Source: Azolla caroliniana
Taxonomy: Eukaryota; Plantae; Polypodiophyta
Assembly: GCA_043228905.1 (NCBI GenBank)
Contig: JBHGNT010000008.1
Coordinates: 21,700,001-21,764,000 of the forward strand
Direction: 5' to 3'
Length of the DNA: 64,000 bases
The position numbers were made by a program, and so were the translations under genes. The notes under the pieces were generated by a model, which was not told the origin of the DNA, searched no databases, and saw only the letters and a program-made list of their open reading frames with translations. Numbering within the stretch: the first letter of the stretch is position 1; every line of letters starts with the position of its first letter. Below, piece by piece: positions 1-12,930 of the stretch.

Positions 1-647
1 TTTGGCTATTAAGTGTAAATACATTCTGCTTGTAACAAATCGAGTAATATAAAAGCATGTGTTTTGAATTCTTATGATTTCTAAAAAATCGTTTCTTATA
101 AAATAACATTGGTTGTAAAGTTTGTGATATAAATTGAGAATGTAACTTTTTGAAATTCCTCTTTTTTTAGTTACTTCTAAATCACGAAAATAGTGGATTT
201 TTAACCTTTTTCATAGTATGTTAAACATGTATGATACTGGTATCAATGTGTTTTGTAAAATCATTGAAAAAGCCCTAAAATCAATCAAAATAATCCTTAT
301 CCTTCCATTTATGCGCAATCCTTCCACTTGTGAACATGAACGTGTTTGTTGTAACTTACCTTGGTCCGGCTCGAAGCTGGGGTTGTATTCTTTCCCTTGT
401 AATATACATGATCATACATGTTTGTGCATAACGGTGTCTCTGTTGGTGTCGGGTGCATAGCCCCCTCCTTTGTTTTGTTGTACATAAGAGTCGGTGTCGC
501 GCGCATGCTCTCCCTTTCCTTTCTCTCTCTCTCGTGTTTGGCCGCATCCGGGTCATGCCCGATAGTTTTCTTGGCATTCCTTTTCTCCCTCATCCGAGAC
601 CCCCGAGGTCCCGCCCCTTTCACATGCATGCGCGTAACGACGTGACA
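1..647 (+). mobile_element. 3' part of an LTR (TGTCG..GACA gypsy family), truncated by the window start
   Basis: Ends ...CGTGACA at 647. Carries the U5 motif TCCGAGACCCCCGAGGTCCCGC, shared with the LTRs ending at 9500 and 11684 and with the LTRs of the 56985-64000 element. Followed by ACGG, where host integrase coding (TGSHPRW) resumes. Confidence 0.7.
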
Positions 648-1557
648 ACGGGTAGTCACCCCCGGTGGTGTGTATTTGAAACTCCAGAGTTACCCACAAA
701 TCCTTGCGCAAAGGATCGTTTGGAGCGGTTACGCAAAACACAAGCGGATTTATCTATTCATCTAAAACACACTCAACAAACACACAAGGTTAACGCAGAT
801 CGCCGTCGGCTTCCATCCAGTTTTAACATTGGCGATCAGGTATGGCTACTACGACGACACATCAAGACTACTCGTCGATGCGAGAAAATGGATTATCCGT
901 GATTAGGTCCTTTCTGTATTATCAAAAAAATTAATGATGTCGCTTTTCGTCTCGATCTACCTCTGCAACTTCGGATACATCCAATGTTTCATAGTTCTCT
1001 CCTCGAACCCTATCAAGACAACACCATCCCAGGTCATATTAAACAACCTCCACCCCCGATCGAACTTGAAGATGGACTTGAGTACGAGGTTGCCGCCATC
1101 CGATTCCAAGATTGTTCACAACAAGCTCTACTATTTAGTCGATTGGCTAGGATATAGTCCCAACGAGCGTACTTGGGAACCAATAGAGAATGTGACCAAT
1201 GCTCGTGCTCTTCTTGAAGACTTCCATCGTCAATATCCAGGCAAACCGGCTCCTCACACCAAAACGACTCATGACACTCGTCGTTTTAAAGGGGAGATAG
1301 TGTCATGATATGGCAAGACTCGAACCCATGACCTTATATTACATGGGTTGAGCTCTTACCATTAGGCTATGTATTGTTATGCGAAAGACATTATTTTCAT
1401 TTAAGTTTTACTATAGAAAATTGATGTATATTCCAGATTTCTTTGGAACATTCTAGAAACTTTAGGAGTACTGAGAACACTATAAAATGAGGCACAAGGC
1501 ATTATTTCGAACCAAATCAGTTCAACGCCAGACTTAAGCCTCCTAGCCTTCCTTACA
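648..1557 (+). mobile_element. 3' fragment of a Ty3/gypsy chromovirus (Tcn1-like): integrase C-terminus, chromodomain, PPT, 3' LTR
   Basis: Translations GDQVWLLRRHIKTTR..KMDY and YYLVDWLGYSPNERTWEP (chromodomain), with stops and frameshifts. PPT AAAGGGGAGATAG at 1288-1300. Homologous to the element at 21526-26205. Confidence 0.85.
1301..1557 (+). repeat. 3' LTR of the chromovirus fragment
   Basis: Starts TGTCATGA right after the PPT, the same start as the LTRs of the 21526-26205 element. TATAAAA at 1481. The end at CCTTACA (1557) is tentative. Confidence 0.65.
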
Positions 1558-1585
1558 TATTCAAGAGCGGTGGGGGAGGATAAAG

Positions 1586-3174
1586 ATGGATGAAGAATAT
1601 CTCATGAAGGCAATGTCAAAGATGATGATGGAATTTTCAAGAAAAGGGAAACGACGAGATGTGGCCCAACAAGTCGTCGAGAGTGTGATCAAGCAAGTCG
1701 ACTATTTCAACGATGTTGAAGTCCAAAATTTTCTAAAAGCCTACAATGCCAAGATGGATTCGAGATGTGTGAACGAAGCTATGACGTTGGAGTCATTTTG
1801 TCGCGTGGTGGCTGAACTGATCTACAAAGAGGTAAAAGAGCTTCGAGAAGCTCAGGATTCATGGGTGACTTTCGAGGAGGCTCTATTGGAGGCTTATGGC
1901 TACGAGAGACCAAAGGGACGAGGATAGCGTGAGTTCGACCAGTGGGTGGCATCGGTGAAGACCCACCAAAGCGCAAAACACGCATTCCTAGACTTCGAGC
2001 ATCATTTTTCTCAACTCTTGGGGCGGGAACAAAGATTGGTGGGGGTGGATAAGGTCCTATTGTTCGTGAAGAGAAGGTTCGATGGTAGTCGACATAGAGG
2101 CCATGAGGAGAGAGGCATTCAAGAACTTAAAGGTGCAAGTCGAGGCCAAAGAGAAGCTTAAAATGGAGATAAAACTCAGGCAAAAGGTGATCGAGGAAGA
2201 AGAGACCTGTCAACAAATGAGGATTAATGATGCGGCTAATACGAAGGCCCAGGTTCGGTACAACGGTACCACGGGAGAAGGTGTAGAACAAACCACCTTC
2301 TCATCCTATGGAGAAATGACGGCCAAGGATGAGGCCGATCACTCGAGGACGACGAATGCCACTTTGAGGGAGGATGAATGTTTCGGAACACATTTTGTAT
2401 CCGAAACATCGGGTGATGAAGGTGCAAGAACGAGAACGTCTTGTGCGATCGAGGGAGAAAGAGTGTGAGGTCGATGTGATTGAGAAGGTTGCCATGAAAA
2501 ATCACATCGAGTCAGAGGTGGCTATGGACGAGTCGACAGCGAATGGCCGTGTCGAGACTTTCCCAACACTTGATCTAGAGACTTGGGCAGTTGTGTCCGA
2601 GAGCCAACATGAGACCCAACAGAAGCAGAGTGGTGGGGAAGCAAAGATTGAAGCCAATGCGAATAACAATGTTACAATGAAGATGGATATGGACGAGTCG
2701 ATGGCAGATGGCCATGTCAAGACTTTCTCCACACTTGTTCCAGAGACTTGGGCAATTGCGTTCAAAAGCCAACGTGACACCCAAGAGACGAAAGGTGGCG
2801 GCAAGGAAGCGAAGGTCGAAGTTGATACATGCGACGAAGAGGGAAGCATAATCGAGGCTTGCTCGATCAATAAGGTCAATGGGTACAAGGCCCATGAGTC
2901 TGAAGAGACATCCATGGAGAATGGCGCCGAGTTGAAGAGGGTAGACGACGATCATGAGGACTTTCCCCACAAAGGTTCTAGAGAATCGGGCATTAACTGA
3001 TGTAAGATCCAAGAGACAGAAGGTGGCAGTGAGGAAGCAAAGGTCAAAGCCGATGCGAACAACCTTAAGGTGGAAGTGGTTGAGGGTAGCACGACAAAGG
3101 CGGACTACGAAAACATATGGATCCCTCCACACTCGTTCGAGAGACTATGGCATTAACCAATGTAAGACCCAAGA
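1586..3174 (+). pseudogene. Degenerate gag plus acidic-repeat ORF of the non-autonomous element (continues at 10097-10800)
   Basis: Broken ORFs 1586-1927, 1946-2161, 2082-2468 and 2374-3000. A unit like F(P/S/T)xxxxETxAxxxxxQxxTQ recurs here and at 10180-10620. Confidence 0.6.
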
Positions 3175-3618
3175 TGTTGAGATACAAGCTCAACATTGGC
3201 CGGATCGGCTGTGCAAGCCGAGAACCAAATCGGTTGGGATCGATCGGTTAGGCCGGACCAGTGCGTAAACCAGGTGCGTAAACCGATGCGTAGACCGGCG
3301 CGCAATGAGAAGTCGTAGCGGTGTGTAAACCGCGAGGCCGTTGGAAAGATATTCCGCATAGGAATATATTTTGGGAGTTAGTGTAGAGCTCACTTATGAG
3401 CATTGAAGTACGTGTCAGTACTTCTGTCAGTCCATATGGACTTGTATAAAAGTGCTCATTGAGCACATCCTATGTACAGATTGAGTATTATTTTTTAATA
3501 GAGTTTTTTGTGTGCATTCTCTCTGTCACTCCCGCGTATTGTGTATATTCAAGCTCTCCATTAAACCCACGCTTCTGTGTTCAGTTTTCTATTGCTTCCG
3601 CACGCTATTCTTTTAACA
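3175..3618 (+). repeat. 5' LTR of the copia at 3175-10091
   Basis: TGTTGAG..TTTTAACA. Direct repeat of 9673-10091 with extra GTGCGTAAACC-like units. Confidence 0.9.
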
Positions 3619-3707
3619 TGGTATCAGAGCGCAAGGGTTGAGAACCTTTGCAGCCGACCTTAGCTCAAGAAGAAAACCTAACCTTCGTAAAGAACAGGAA
3701 AAACAAA

Positions 3708-6700
3708 ATGGATAGAGGCATGGCTAGCTTGCTTCCAACAAAGAAGCTCAACAGAAACAACTATATGTCTTGGTCTTACAAGATGCACCAGTACCTGCTC
3801 GGGCACGGTTTATGGTGCTACGTCGACGGAGCAAATGACACAAAACCCGATTCGACACACAAAGACTTCCCGGCTTGGGAATAGTCGGCAAGCAAAGTTC
3901 TCTACTACTTCGCTTCTTGTGTGGGAGAACAGCTTCTGAGCTATATTTGGGATGCGAAAACGCCAAAGGATGCTTGGGGAAATCTGAAGAAGATTTTCGC
4001 CGCAGGAGCTGAGCAACTTACAACAACACGACTTGTCGGTGGCTGATTACACCTCGAAGATCAAAGAGATATGCGACTCCTTAGCCTCTATCGATGTGAA
4101 CGTCGAGGAAGGCGAGATGGTGCAGATCTGTCTCAGGGGACTGGTGTCGAAGTTCGGAGTGTTCCGAGCTGCTATATGTACACGGGAGAATACGTCGTCA
4201 TTTTTCGACCTACAATCGATGCTCCTTATAGAGGCGAACCACGTGGGTGCGTCGACGAGCGCACATGCTGACAACAAGATGTTGTACACGGAGGGAGATA
4301 GGCCTCGTGGTCATGGCGGACAAGGCGAGTCAGTGTGCAATGGAAGCGGCTAACAGGACCGAGGAAGGAGGCACCGAAGTGATGCCGACAACAATTCCGG
4401 ACCCTCCGGAAACAGGGAGAGTCGAGGCGACGAGAACCAACAAGGGAAATCCGTCGTGGAATGCTAGTACTATGGCAAGAAAGGCAACAAGGAGAGCGAG
4501 TGTTGGAAGAAGCGCGCTGATTCAGAGAGGACTGGATCCAGATCAGGTTCTGGACAAACCAACAGGGGTAATCAGCATCGATCGCACTACGCCGAAGAAT
4601 CCGAAAAAGCCGAAAAAGGGTCAGCCTTCGTGACGAGACACGAAACAAACTCAATGAAGAAGTCCACCCCGAAATCGGACGAGGTTTGGTACATCGACTC
4701 CGGCACATCAAACCACATGACGTGCCACAAGGAGTGGTTCTCATACCTTGAGAAACCGATGCAACCAAGAGTAGTCACAACCGGAGACGAAACTCCGCAT
4801 GCGATCATGAATATCGGTGAAGTTCACTTGAGCCATGTCGGGCAGAAAGGGAAACTCATGAATGTGTTACATGTTCCAACAATCACGAAGAACCTAGTGT
4901 CGGTCGGACAGATCGGCGACCAGGGGATGCAGGTTCGGTTCACGCATCTTGGGTGCTTCATCGAGGAAGAAGGACGAGTTATTGCGCAAGGGTGTAGAGA
5001 CGGGAGGATGTTTATCCTCGACTCTAGTGAAAGTGGCACCGCAATGTTCACGAACGTACAAAAAGTCGAGTCGGATATCGACTTATGGCACAAGTAAATA
5101 GGCCACTCACCTATCAACGGCTTCAGGACCTGCAATCGAAACAAGTTTTGTTCGGATTGCCCAAATTTAGTGGCCAAAAGGCACAAATTTGTGAAGCCTG
5201 CCAGCTAGGGAAGCAACACCAACTTCCTTTCCCTAACGAGCGTAACCACATCCGGAACAAGCTCGACTTGATACATTCTGATGTATGGGGGCCGGCCCAG
5301 AACGTTAGTCTTAGCGGGAGTCGATATTTCGTCTCCTTCATCGACGACTATACACGGCACACGTGGATCTACCTCATTGAGAAGAAGAGTGAACTCTTCG
5401 ACTGTTTCCGAGACCTCAAGAGTTTCGTCGAACGGGAAACAGGAAGAAAGATCAAGTCCCTGCAATTGGATGGCGGAAAAGAGTACTTTTCTGGTCAATT
5501 CAACGGGTATCTACAACAGATGGGAATTCGGCGCGAATTCAGTTGCAGATATACGCCGGAGCAAAACGGCGTGGCCAAAAGGAAAAATCGGTCGGTTGTG
5601 GAAGCTGTGCTGGCAATGCTGGAAGAAAAGAGCTTGCCCAAGTTCTATTGGGTTGAGGCGGTACGAACCGACGTATACATCCAGAATCGGATCGGAGAGA
5701 AAGTGTCGGTGCATGAGCTGTATTTCAGAAGGAAGCCGAATCTAAGACACTTGCGAGTTTTCGGTAGCATTGCGTATGTGCATGTGCCGAAGGAGAAACG
5801 GAGGAAGTTGGACACGAAAGCTGAGAAGTGTATCTTAGTCAGTTATTCGGAGGAATAGAAGGTTTATAAGTGTTATAATCCCCAAACAAAACAAGCTCGC
5901 GTGAGCCGCGATGTTGTGTTTGACGAGTCTACGTCTTGGTACTTGCCTCCGACTCCAAACCTCAACTCCAACTCCGGATCTCCAGACCCGAGTTCTAACG
6001 ATGAGGTCAGCGAGGCTGAAATGCCTCCGAATGACCACGAAATCAAGGCCCTCGATGAGAGTCCGATTTCATTTCGGTTAAGTGGACCGAACGAGTGATT
6101 GGTCGGTTTGACCAGTTTGAAGAAGAGTTGGCGAGTAGTGGAGACTCGGTCGTACATTCCCCGCGTAGGAAGCCGAGGAGACAGCTTACGCGCAAGGAAA
6201 AAGGGAAGAAGAAGGTATCGGATTACGGCACGGATAGGAACGAGTTAGATCGACGCGAGTCCAACTCCGCGGGAAGTGATGATGAGTCTTCGAGAGTGAA
6301 ATCCGCTTTGACTAAGAAAGCGTCAACATCGGCTAATGAGCAATTACGCCGATCTACCTGCCAGAAGAACCCTGTTGTGCGGTTCGAATACAATGAGTAC
6401 ATGGTGCGTCACTATGTGTACATGACCCGTGTAGCGGAAGTGCGTGAGCCGGAGAGCTACGCAGAAGCGGCGAAGGACGCGAATTGGCATACTGCAATGG
6501 AGGAAGAGATGTGCGCATTGGCTAAAAATGAAACCTGGGACCTAGTTGGCGCACCGAAAGGTGTGAAGCCGATCGGATGTAGGTGGGTGTACAAGGTCAA
6601 GTACAACACTGACGGCTTGGTCAACCGATACAAGGCCCAGTTAGTAGCAAAAGGCTACATGTTGCAACACGGCATCGACTACGATGAGACGTTTGCACCG

Positions 6701-9672
6701 GTCGTGAAGATGACGATCATCCGCGTTTTACAGGCAGTAGCTACAGCAAAGGGGTGGCACTTACATCAGATGGATGTAAAGAATGTGTTCTTGCGAGGTG
6801 AGCTTGACAAACAGGTGTATATGGTACAGCCCCCCGGATTTCACCCCGGATTTCACTCTGGCAGTGTGGCAGTTGAAGAAGTCCCTTTATAGACTAAAGC
6901 AAGCCCCGCGTACTTGGAACGCGAAGATGATGCAACGATTGCGTCGAATGGGCTTTGCGACGTCAAAATCAGACTCCTCACTGTTCGTCCGGAAAGGTCG
7001 ACTTGGGCCGGTTAGCATTTTACTTTATGTTGATGATTTGGTCATCACCGGCGCCGACCTAGGTGAAATTAACCGCGTAAAGCTCCAACTCGCGGCATCA
7101 TTCGACATGAAGGATCTAGGGGACCTTCATTACGTCCTTGGGATCGAAGTGATCCGCACCCCTGAAGGCATACTGATCAGCCAACGGCATTACGTGTTGA
7201 GTATGCTCTTCAAATTCGGGATGGTCGATTGTAAGTCCGTCTCGACTCCTCTGGATAGAACCGTCAAGCTTCGCCCCGATTCCGGAAAGGTATAAGACCC
7301 GACGAGGTTCCGACAGATAGTCAGAAGCCTTATATACTTGACCATCACCCGACCAGATCTCAGCTACCCGGTCGGGATGATTAGTCAGTTCATGGCACGA
7401 CCTACCAAGGAGCATCTTCAATGTGTGCAACGCATACTATGGTACATAAGCGGCACTAAGGACCGGGGGCTACTATATCTGACCAGTATAGCCCCACAGT
7501 TGGTCGAATACACCAATGCCGAATGGGCCGGCAACGTCGTCAATCGCTGATCCACGTCCGGTTTCGCGTTCTCTCTTGGGAGTGCCACGATTGGGTGGAG
7601 TAGCAAGAAACAACCCACAGTTGCGTTGTCGAGCACTGAAGCCGAGTATAGAGGAGCAGTTGTCGCGACATGCGGAGGCATATGGTTGAAGCGGCTACTT
7701 AAGGATTTGCAGGTGGAGGTATCCGATCCAACGACAATTTACTGCGACAACCTCAGCAGCATCTAGCTAGCAAAGAACCCTGTCTTCCACACTTGGACTA
7801 AGCACATTGAGGTGCACTACCATTTTGTCCACGAGCGTGTACTCTCCGGTGAAGTCGAATTTCAGTATGTTCCGATGGATCGGCAGACCGCCGACATTTT
7901 TACCAAGCCCCTTGGTCTCGATAAGTTACGGCAATTCTCGGGTGTGCTTGGGTTGCGCCACCTCGATGTGCCGAACTTGAGGGGGAGAGAAGTCCCGGAT
8001 GACCACAGAAGGGATCCGGAAAGGAGCGGAAGAGACCGTGACGCCGAGTCGGATGACGAATTCAATTTCGGATCGGCTAAAGAGGGCGAGGGCGGATCCG
8101 CAGAAGATTCCAAAAGCAGACATAAGGGGATCAGTCGAAAGAAAGAGCCGAAACCAACCAAGTGTGGGGGAGACGAAGTCATGAAGGGCGAGAAGACCGA
8201 AGACGAGTTGAAGACAGCCAACGCAGACGAAAGCGAAAACCGATCAGAGGAAGTCGAGTCGGTTCGGATGTTTGATTCGGATACGCTGAATCAACTGAGG
8301 TCCAAGCCGAAGAGAGGGCAGCAGAAGAAACGCCAACACCGTTGTCGTAAAGATTTTCGGCAATGGTGTGAAAATCGCATAAAACATACGAAATCGAGTA
8401 GGAATCATTTAAACAAATAATAGTGAAAATACTATTTTAATTAAGTTTAATATCTTAGTACAAAAAGATGGAGGTCTTCAAGAGCTTTCGAATGCACTTT
8501 ACTACATAAGAAACGGACATGTAAGTCTCAAGTTATATGGGTAGGAAGTTTGCAAAGGAAAAGAGAAAGATAAAACTGTGAGATATCCCACATAGACAGG
8601 ACAAATAAAGATCTCACAATATATATAAGGCAGAACAAAAGCTATTATCTTTGTGTTTATGTGTGGAGCATAGAGAGTTCAAGGTGACTTGAACTAAGCT
8701 AATTGGATGAGTGGGTGTGGCCTAGCTACTTGTAAAAGCTTTTGGCCAACCAAATCCGGCGGCGGAGCCGGTGACCGGCAAGCGACTCAAGATGCGGACT
8801 GAACCGGACCGGGATGCAGACTGGGTCGGACCAAACGGATGCAAATCGGACGAATCGGTCGGGTGGTGTCTTAAAGATATTTGGTCCAAAAGCCTAATAG
8901 TATTTTGTGCATAAAAGAAAAAGATATAAACAAGACTTGAACTTTGCACCTCCAAGATAGAAACCAACAAGTTTACCATTAAACCAAATCATTTCTTTAA
9001 AAATTATATTTTTATCATTACAGCTTTACATGAGAATTCTCATATTAGAGCTTGATTGAGTGACATGTGATGCATGAGCGCCAAATGGCAAACATGCATC
9101 ACATGCATTCCATGCAGTATATGCATATCTTGTACCCTCATATGCATCATATGCATGGGAGCATCTATAAAAGGGTGGATGAAAAAAATTAAAAAGGGAG
9201 CGATATATTAATCAAGAAAATTAAAAGTAAGAAATTCGTTATCCAATTGATAATATATCTTGTCTCTCAAATCTAAAGTTAAAAGTTCAATCTTATCTCT
9301 CTCACTCTCTATCTCTCTCTCGCCATATCAATCTCTCTCAACCTAAAGTCAAGCATTTAAATCTCATATTAATCTCAATCTCTCGCAATCTATCTTAAAA
9401 ACCTTTCTCGCTAAAGCTAGTGCAAACTTCCAATCCTTCCAGTCCAAGACCCCGGTGGTTCCGCCTCGCGATTCGCACATAGTGACGGATCTTCACGACA
9501 CCGCGACAGCAACGGAGCTGAGAAGGGCCGCACAAGCACACAAGCCGACCGGAAGGGTCGAGGCGCGCGGAATCGAACAGGTCGAGGAGCGCGAGCAAGG
9601 CGTGAAGCCAGAAGGAACCGGAGCGTAGATCCAGAAGAGCGGATGGGACCTCAAGTTGAGCTTGAGGGAGAG
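3708..9672 (+). pseudogene. copia gag-pol pseudogene with a long charged C-terminal extension, interrupted by the solo LTR at 8343-9500
   Basis: Multiple premature stops and frameshifts across ORFs 3648-8420. Domain motifs are recognisable. Confidence 0.85.
8343..9500 (+). mobile_element. Solo LTR of the TGTCG..GACA family
   Basis: Termini TGTCGT and ACGACA. Flanks CCGT (8339-8342) and CCGC (9501-9504). Host coding rejoins across it (KRQHR|DSNG). Shares GCGCCAAATGGC/ATGCAT-rich blocks with 12931-13851 and has the U5 motif CCAAGACCCCGGTGGTTCCGC. Confidence 0.85.
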
Positions 9673-10091
9673 TGTGGAGATACAAGCTCAACATTGGCCA
9701 AATCAACTGTGCAAGCCGAGAACCAGATCGGTTGGGATCGATCGGTTAGGCCGGACCGGTGCACAGACCGGCGCGCAACGAGAAACCGTAGCGGTGCGTA
9801 AACCGCGAGGCCGTTGGAAAGATATTCCGCGTAGGATTATATTTTGGGAGTTAGTGTAGAGCTCACTTATGAGCATTGAAGTACGTGTCAGTACTTCTGT
9901 CAGTCCATATGGACTTGTATAAAAGTGCTCACTGAGCACATCCTATGTACAGATTGAGTATTATTTTTTAATAGAGTTTTTTGTGTGCATTCTCTCTGTC
10001 ACCTCCGCGTACTGTGTATATTCAAGCTCTCCATTAAACTTGCACTTCTGTGTTCGGTTTTCTATTGCTTCCGCATGCTATTCTTTCCACA
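9673..10091 (+). repeat. 3' LTR of the copia at 3175-10091
   Basis: TGTGGAG..TTCCACA, preceded by the PPT and followed by the TSD CAAGA. Confidence 0.9.
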
Positions 10092-11022
10092 CAAGAGAAG
10101 GACGATGGCGGCGAGGAAGCAAGGGTTGAAGTTGGTGCATGCGACAAGGAGGTCAAGCAAAGCAGAATGACGGAAGCCGATGCGTGCTAGAGAGATAGCC
10201 AAGGAGATGGCCATGGAAAACACGACAAAGGAAAACGTTGATCAAGATGAGAATTCCTTCACACATGTTCCAGAGACTTCGGCAGTTGCATTTGAAAGAC
10301 AACGTGAGACCCAAGAGATGGAAGGCAGTGATGAGGGAGAGATGGAAGGTAGCGACGAGGGAAAGGTCAAAGCCGGTGTGCACTACAAAGAGGCCAAACA
10401 AAGTGTGACAACGGACGATGAGGGCCAAGCAGGCCAAGAGGATTTGAAAGGTGTTCCTCGGGAAGTGATCACGTCTTCTAATGTAAGGGAGGACACTAGC
10501 ATGAAGTTCAGAGGTATGATGGTCAACTCAAACGCGAGAGTTTACCACAACGAACGGCAGAAAGAGAGGCATGCAATATGGTCTCTTAGAGACCTCAATG
10601 TGAGCATGCACTTGAAGTGACTACGACGGGTAGTCAGCATCGACATTCGAACGAGGTCTTCTGAAGGCAAGCGTGGGACAAGAAAGAATGAAGGATCAAA
10701 GTTTCTTGACCAAGTAGAAAGACGGGATGAAGGTGGCACATACACAAATTGTGAAAGGTTATGCTCAGTAGGGACGAAGGAGGCCATCATGACAACCGGT
10801 CATGGCATTGCGAAGTGCGAGCGAACGATATGGTGGATAGGATGGCGACGATGGTTCGGTTGGAAGGAATGGACGAACTCAAAATGGAGGGACAAAGACA
10901 ATGCGGGCCAAGCACAAGAAAGGAGCAAATCAAATGTTGACAACCTTTGGCCCCACCACATCACTCTTTTCCTTCTTGGAAGTTGGCACATGCATGACGA
11001 TATGCAATTTGATGGGGGTGGA

Positions 11023-11684
11023 TGTTGTGATGTGGCGTGTTTAGTGCGAGAAAAAGTGAAAAATTGAGGATACACACATTTCACAATTAGTTATAAACAT
11101 GCAAATAAATCAATAATAAATAAACCTAAGGCCTATTGGCATCGAGTGCTTATAAAGGGGCAGAAGCTAAATAGGATTTGAGCCTTGCACCTCCAAGACC
11201 GGAGACAATTGACTTACCACTAAAGCTACTACTGAGTGCTTTAGATTTTGCATTATATTTCCTTCTCATATTCAGTATTCCATAGGAAACAAACGTATAA
11301 AACCGTGTACACAAAACCATGGTTTAAGCCTATGGTTTTGTGCATGTCATAAGTAAAACCGTGAGCACAAAACCATGGTTTTAGCCCATGGTTTTGTGCA
11401 TATCACAAGCATTGAGAGACCTATAAATGCCTCTAGTTGGGCTTGTGTAAGGGGGGGCTCAATATGTGATATCACCATCATCAATATAATACCATCATTT
11501 ATCTTCTTCTAATTATCTTCTCTTAAGTGTATCAATTTTCTTGATCTTTTCAAGTGTGACATTGTCTTCCTTGACTCAAACATCCACATCATCGTCTTTA
11601 AAATAACTTTGTGAACATCCTCCTCAGTCCAAAACCCCGGTGGTCCCGCTCAAGTAGCACACGCAGACGAGCATTTTCGTGACA
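11023..11684 (+). repeat. 3' LTR of the gag-only element (TGTCG..GACA family)
   Basis: TGTTGTGA (probable CpG-decayed TGTCGTGA)..TTCGTGACA. TATAAA near 11422. U5 motif CCAAAACCCCGGTGGTCCCGC. Followed by ACGG and host copia coding. Confidence 0.8.
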
Positions 11685-12930
11685 ACGGCAAGTGGAAGTT
11701 CTGTCGGGGAAACCTCATAGTGGCCTAAGCACAGAAAAAGGGCACATCGTATATGATGCATGCCCGACTATGCAAGTCGGAAGCAAATGTAGCAGCCAAC
11801 TCGAGTAGTGAGTTATGGCATAAGAGGCTTGGCCACATGAGTGAAAAGGGAATGCATATCCTGGCCGACCAAGAACTTCTCCCATAAGTGGAAGGAGTGC
11901 ACTTGGAGAAGTGTGTGGACTGCATAGTTGGAAAGCAGAACAAAGACGCATTCCACCCAAGACCACCGAGAAGAAGAGAAGTGCCACTGGAACTGGTACA
12001 CACGGATGTGTGCTATGTAGATGCTCCATCGCATCAAGGTGGACAGTACTTCATGACATTCATCGATGAATATAGTTGGAAGTTGTGGGCTTTCGTACTA
12101 AAGTCGAAGGACCAAGTATTGTTGTTCTTTAAGGAGTTCCAAGCAAGAGGCAGAAGAGAGTCAGGTCGGAAGTTGCAGGTTGTTCGAACCGACGACGATG
12201 ACGAATATAAAGGGTAGTTCAAAGAATAATGCAAGGCCCAAGGTATTTGAATCGAATATATAGTGTCAAAGACCCCTGAGTTGAACATGCTTGCAGAGAG
12301 GATGAATCGAACAATTATGGAAAGAGTAAGGAGCATGTTGTCGCATGCTAAGCTGCCAAAATCCTTCTAGGTTGAGCCGATGTATATGGTTGTTTACATG
12401 ATCAACATATCTCCATCAGTACCATTGAAAGGTGATGTCCCACATAGGATGTGGACAGGAAAGGAAGTCTCCTACCGGCACCTGAGGTGTTCGAATGTTT
12501 AGTGTATATGCATGTGGCTAAGGATCAGAGGTCGAAGCTCAACAGTAAGTCGAAACCATGCATATTTCTCGGGTACTCAGAAGATGAGTTCGGCTACAGG
12601 TTATGGGACTTAGTCGATAAAAAGGTGGCGAGGAGTCAGGATCTAGTCTTCTTGGAAGACAAGACAATAGAGGATTGGAAGTAACAGAAGACGGAACCAA
12701 CTTCCCAGTTGACTCTGAATACCATCGACTCAAGAAAAATCAAACAGCCAAATCTTAGTCGGTCGACTTGGAACAACCAACCAATATATACGAGTTGGAG
12801 TTGGCAAATCTTCTAAAGTCGATCGAGGAATACGAGTCGGACTCGGCTAACCCTGAGTGACCAATAGACATATATGAACCCGAGCCAAGAGAAGAGTCGG
12901 TAGAGACATCCGAACTGGAGCCAAGAACGG

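Larger units (their letters stand above)
3175..10091 (+). mobile_element. Full-length degenerate Ty1/copia retrotransposon
   Basis: LTRs 3175-3618 and 9673-10091. TSD CAAGA at 3170-3174 and 10092-10096. PBS TGGTATCAGAGC (tRNA-iMet) at 3619. PPT GAGGGAGAG at 9664-9672. Domains in copia order: protease WYIDSG, integrase IHSDVWGP, RT YVDD, RNase H QTADIFTK. Confidence 0.95.
1558..11684 (+). mobile_element. Non-autonomous gag-only gypsy-type LTR element, interrupted by the copia at 3175-10091; its 5' end is displaced upstream
   Basis: Gag-like ORF from 1586 aligns with the gag at 62660-63463 (VVESVIKQVDYFNDVEVQNFL vs VDGVLEKLGPFTGKDVTRFL; FCRVVA vs FHRVVA; DFEHHFSQL..REQ vs DFEAKFRQL..REQ). Acidic repeated coding continues across the copia insertion. 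No RT or IN is seen. PPT GATGGGGGTGGA at 11011-11022, then an LTR. Confidence 0.7.
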
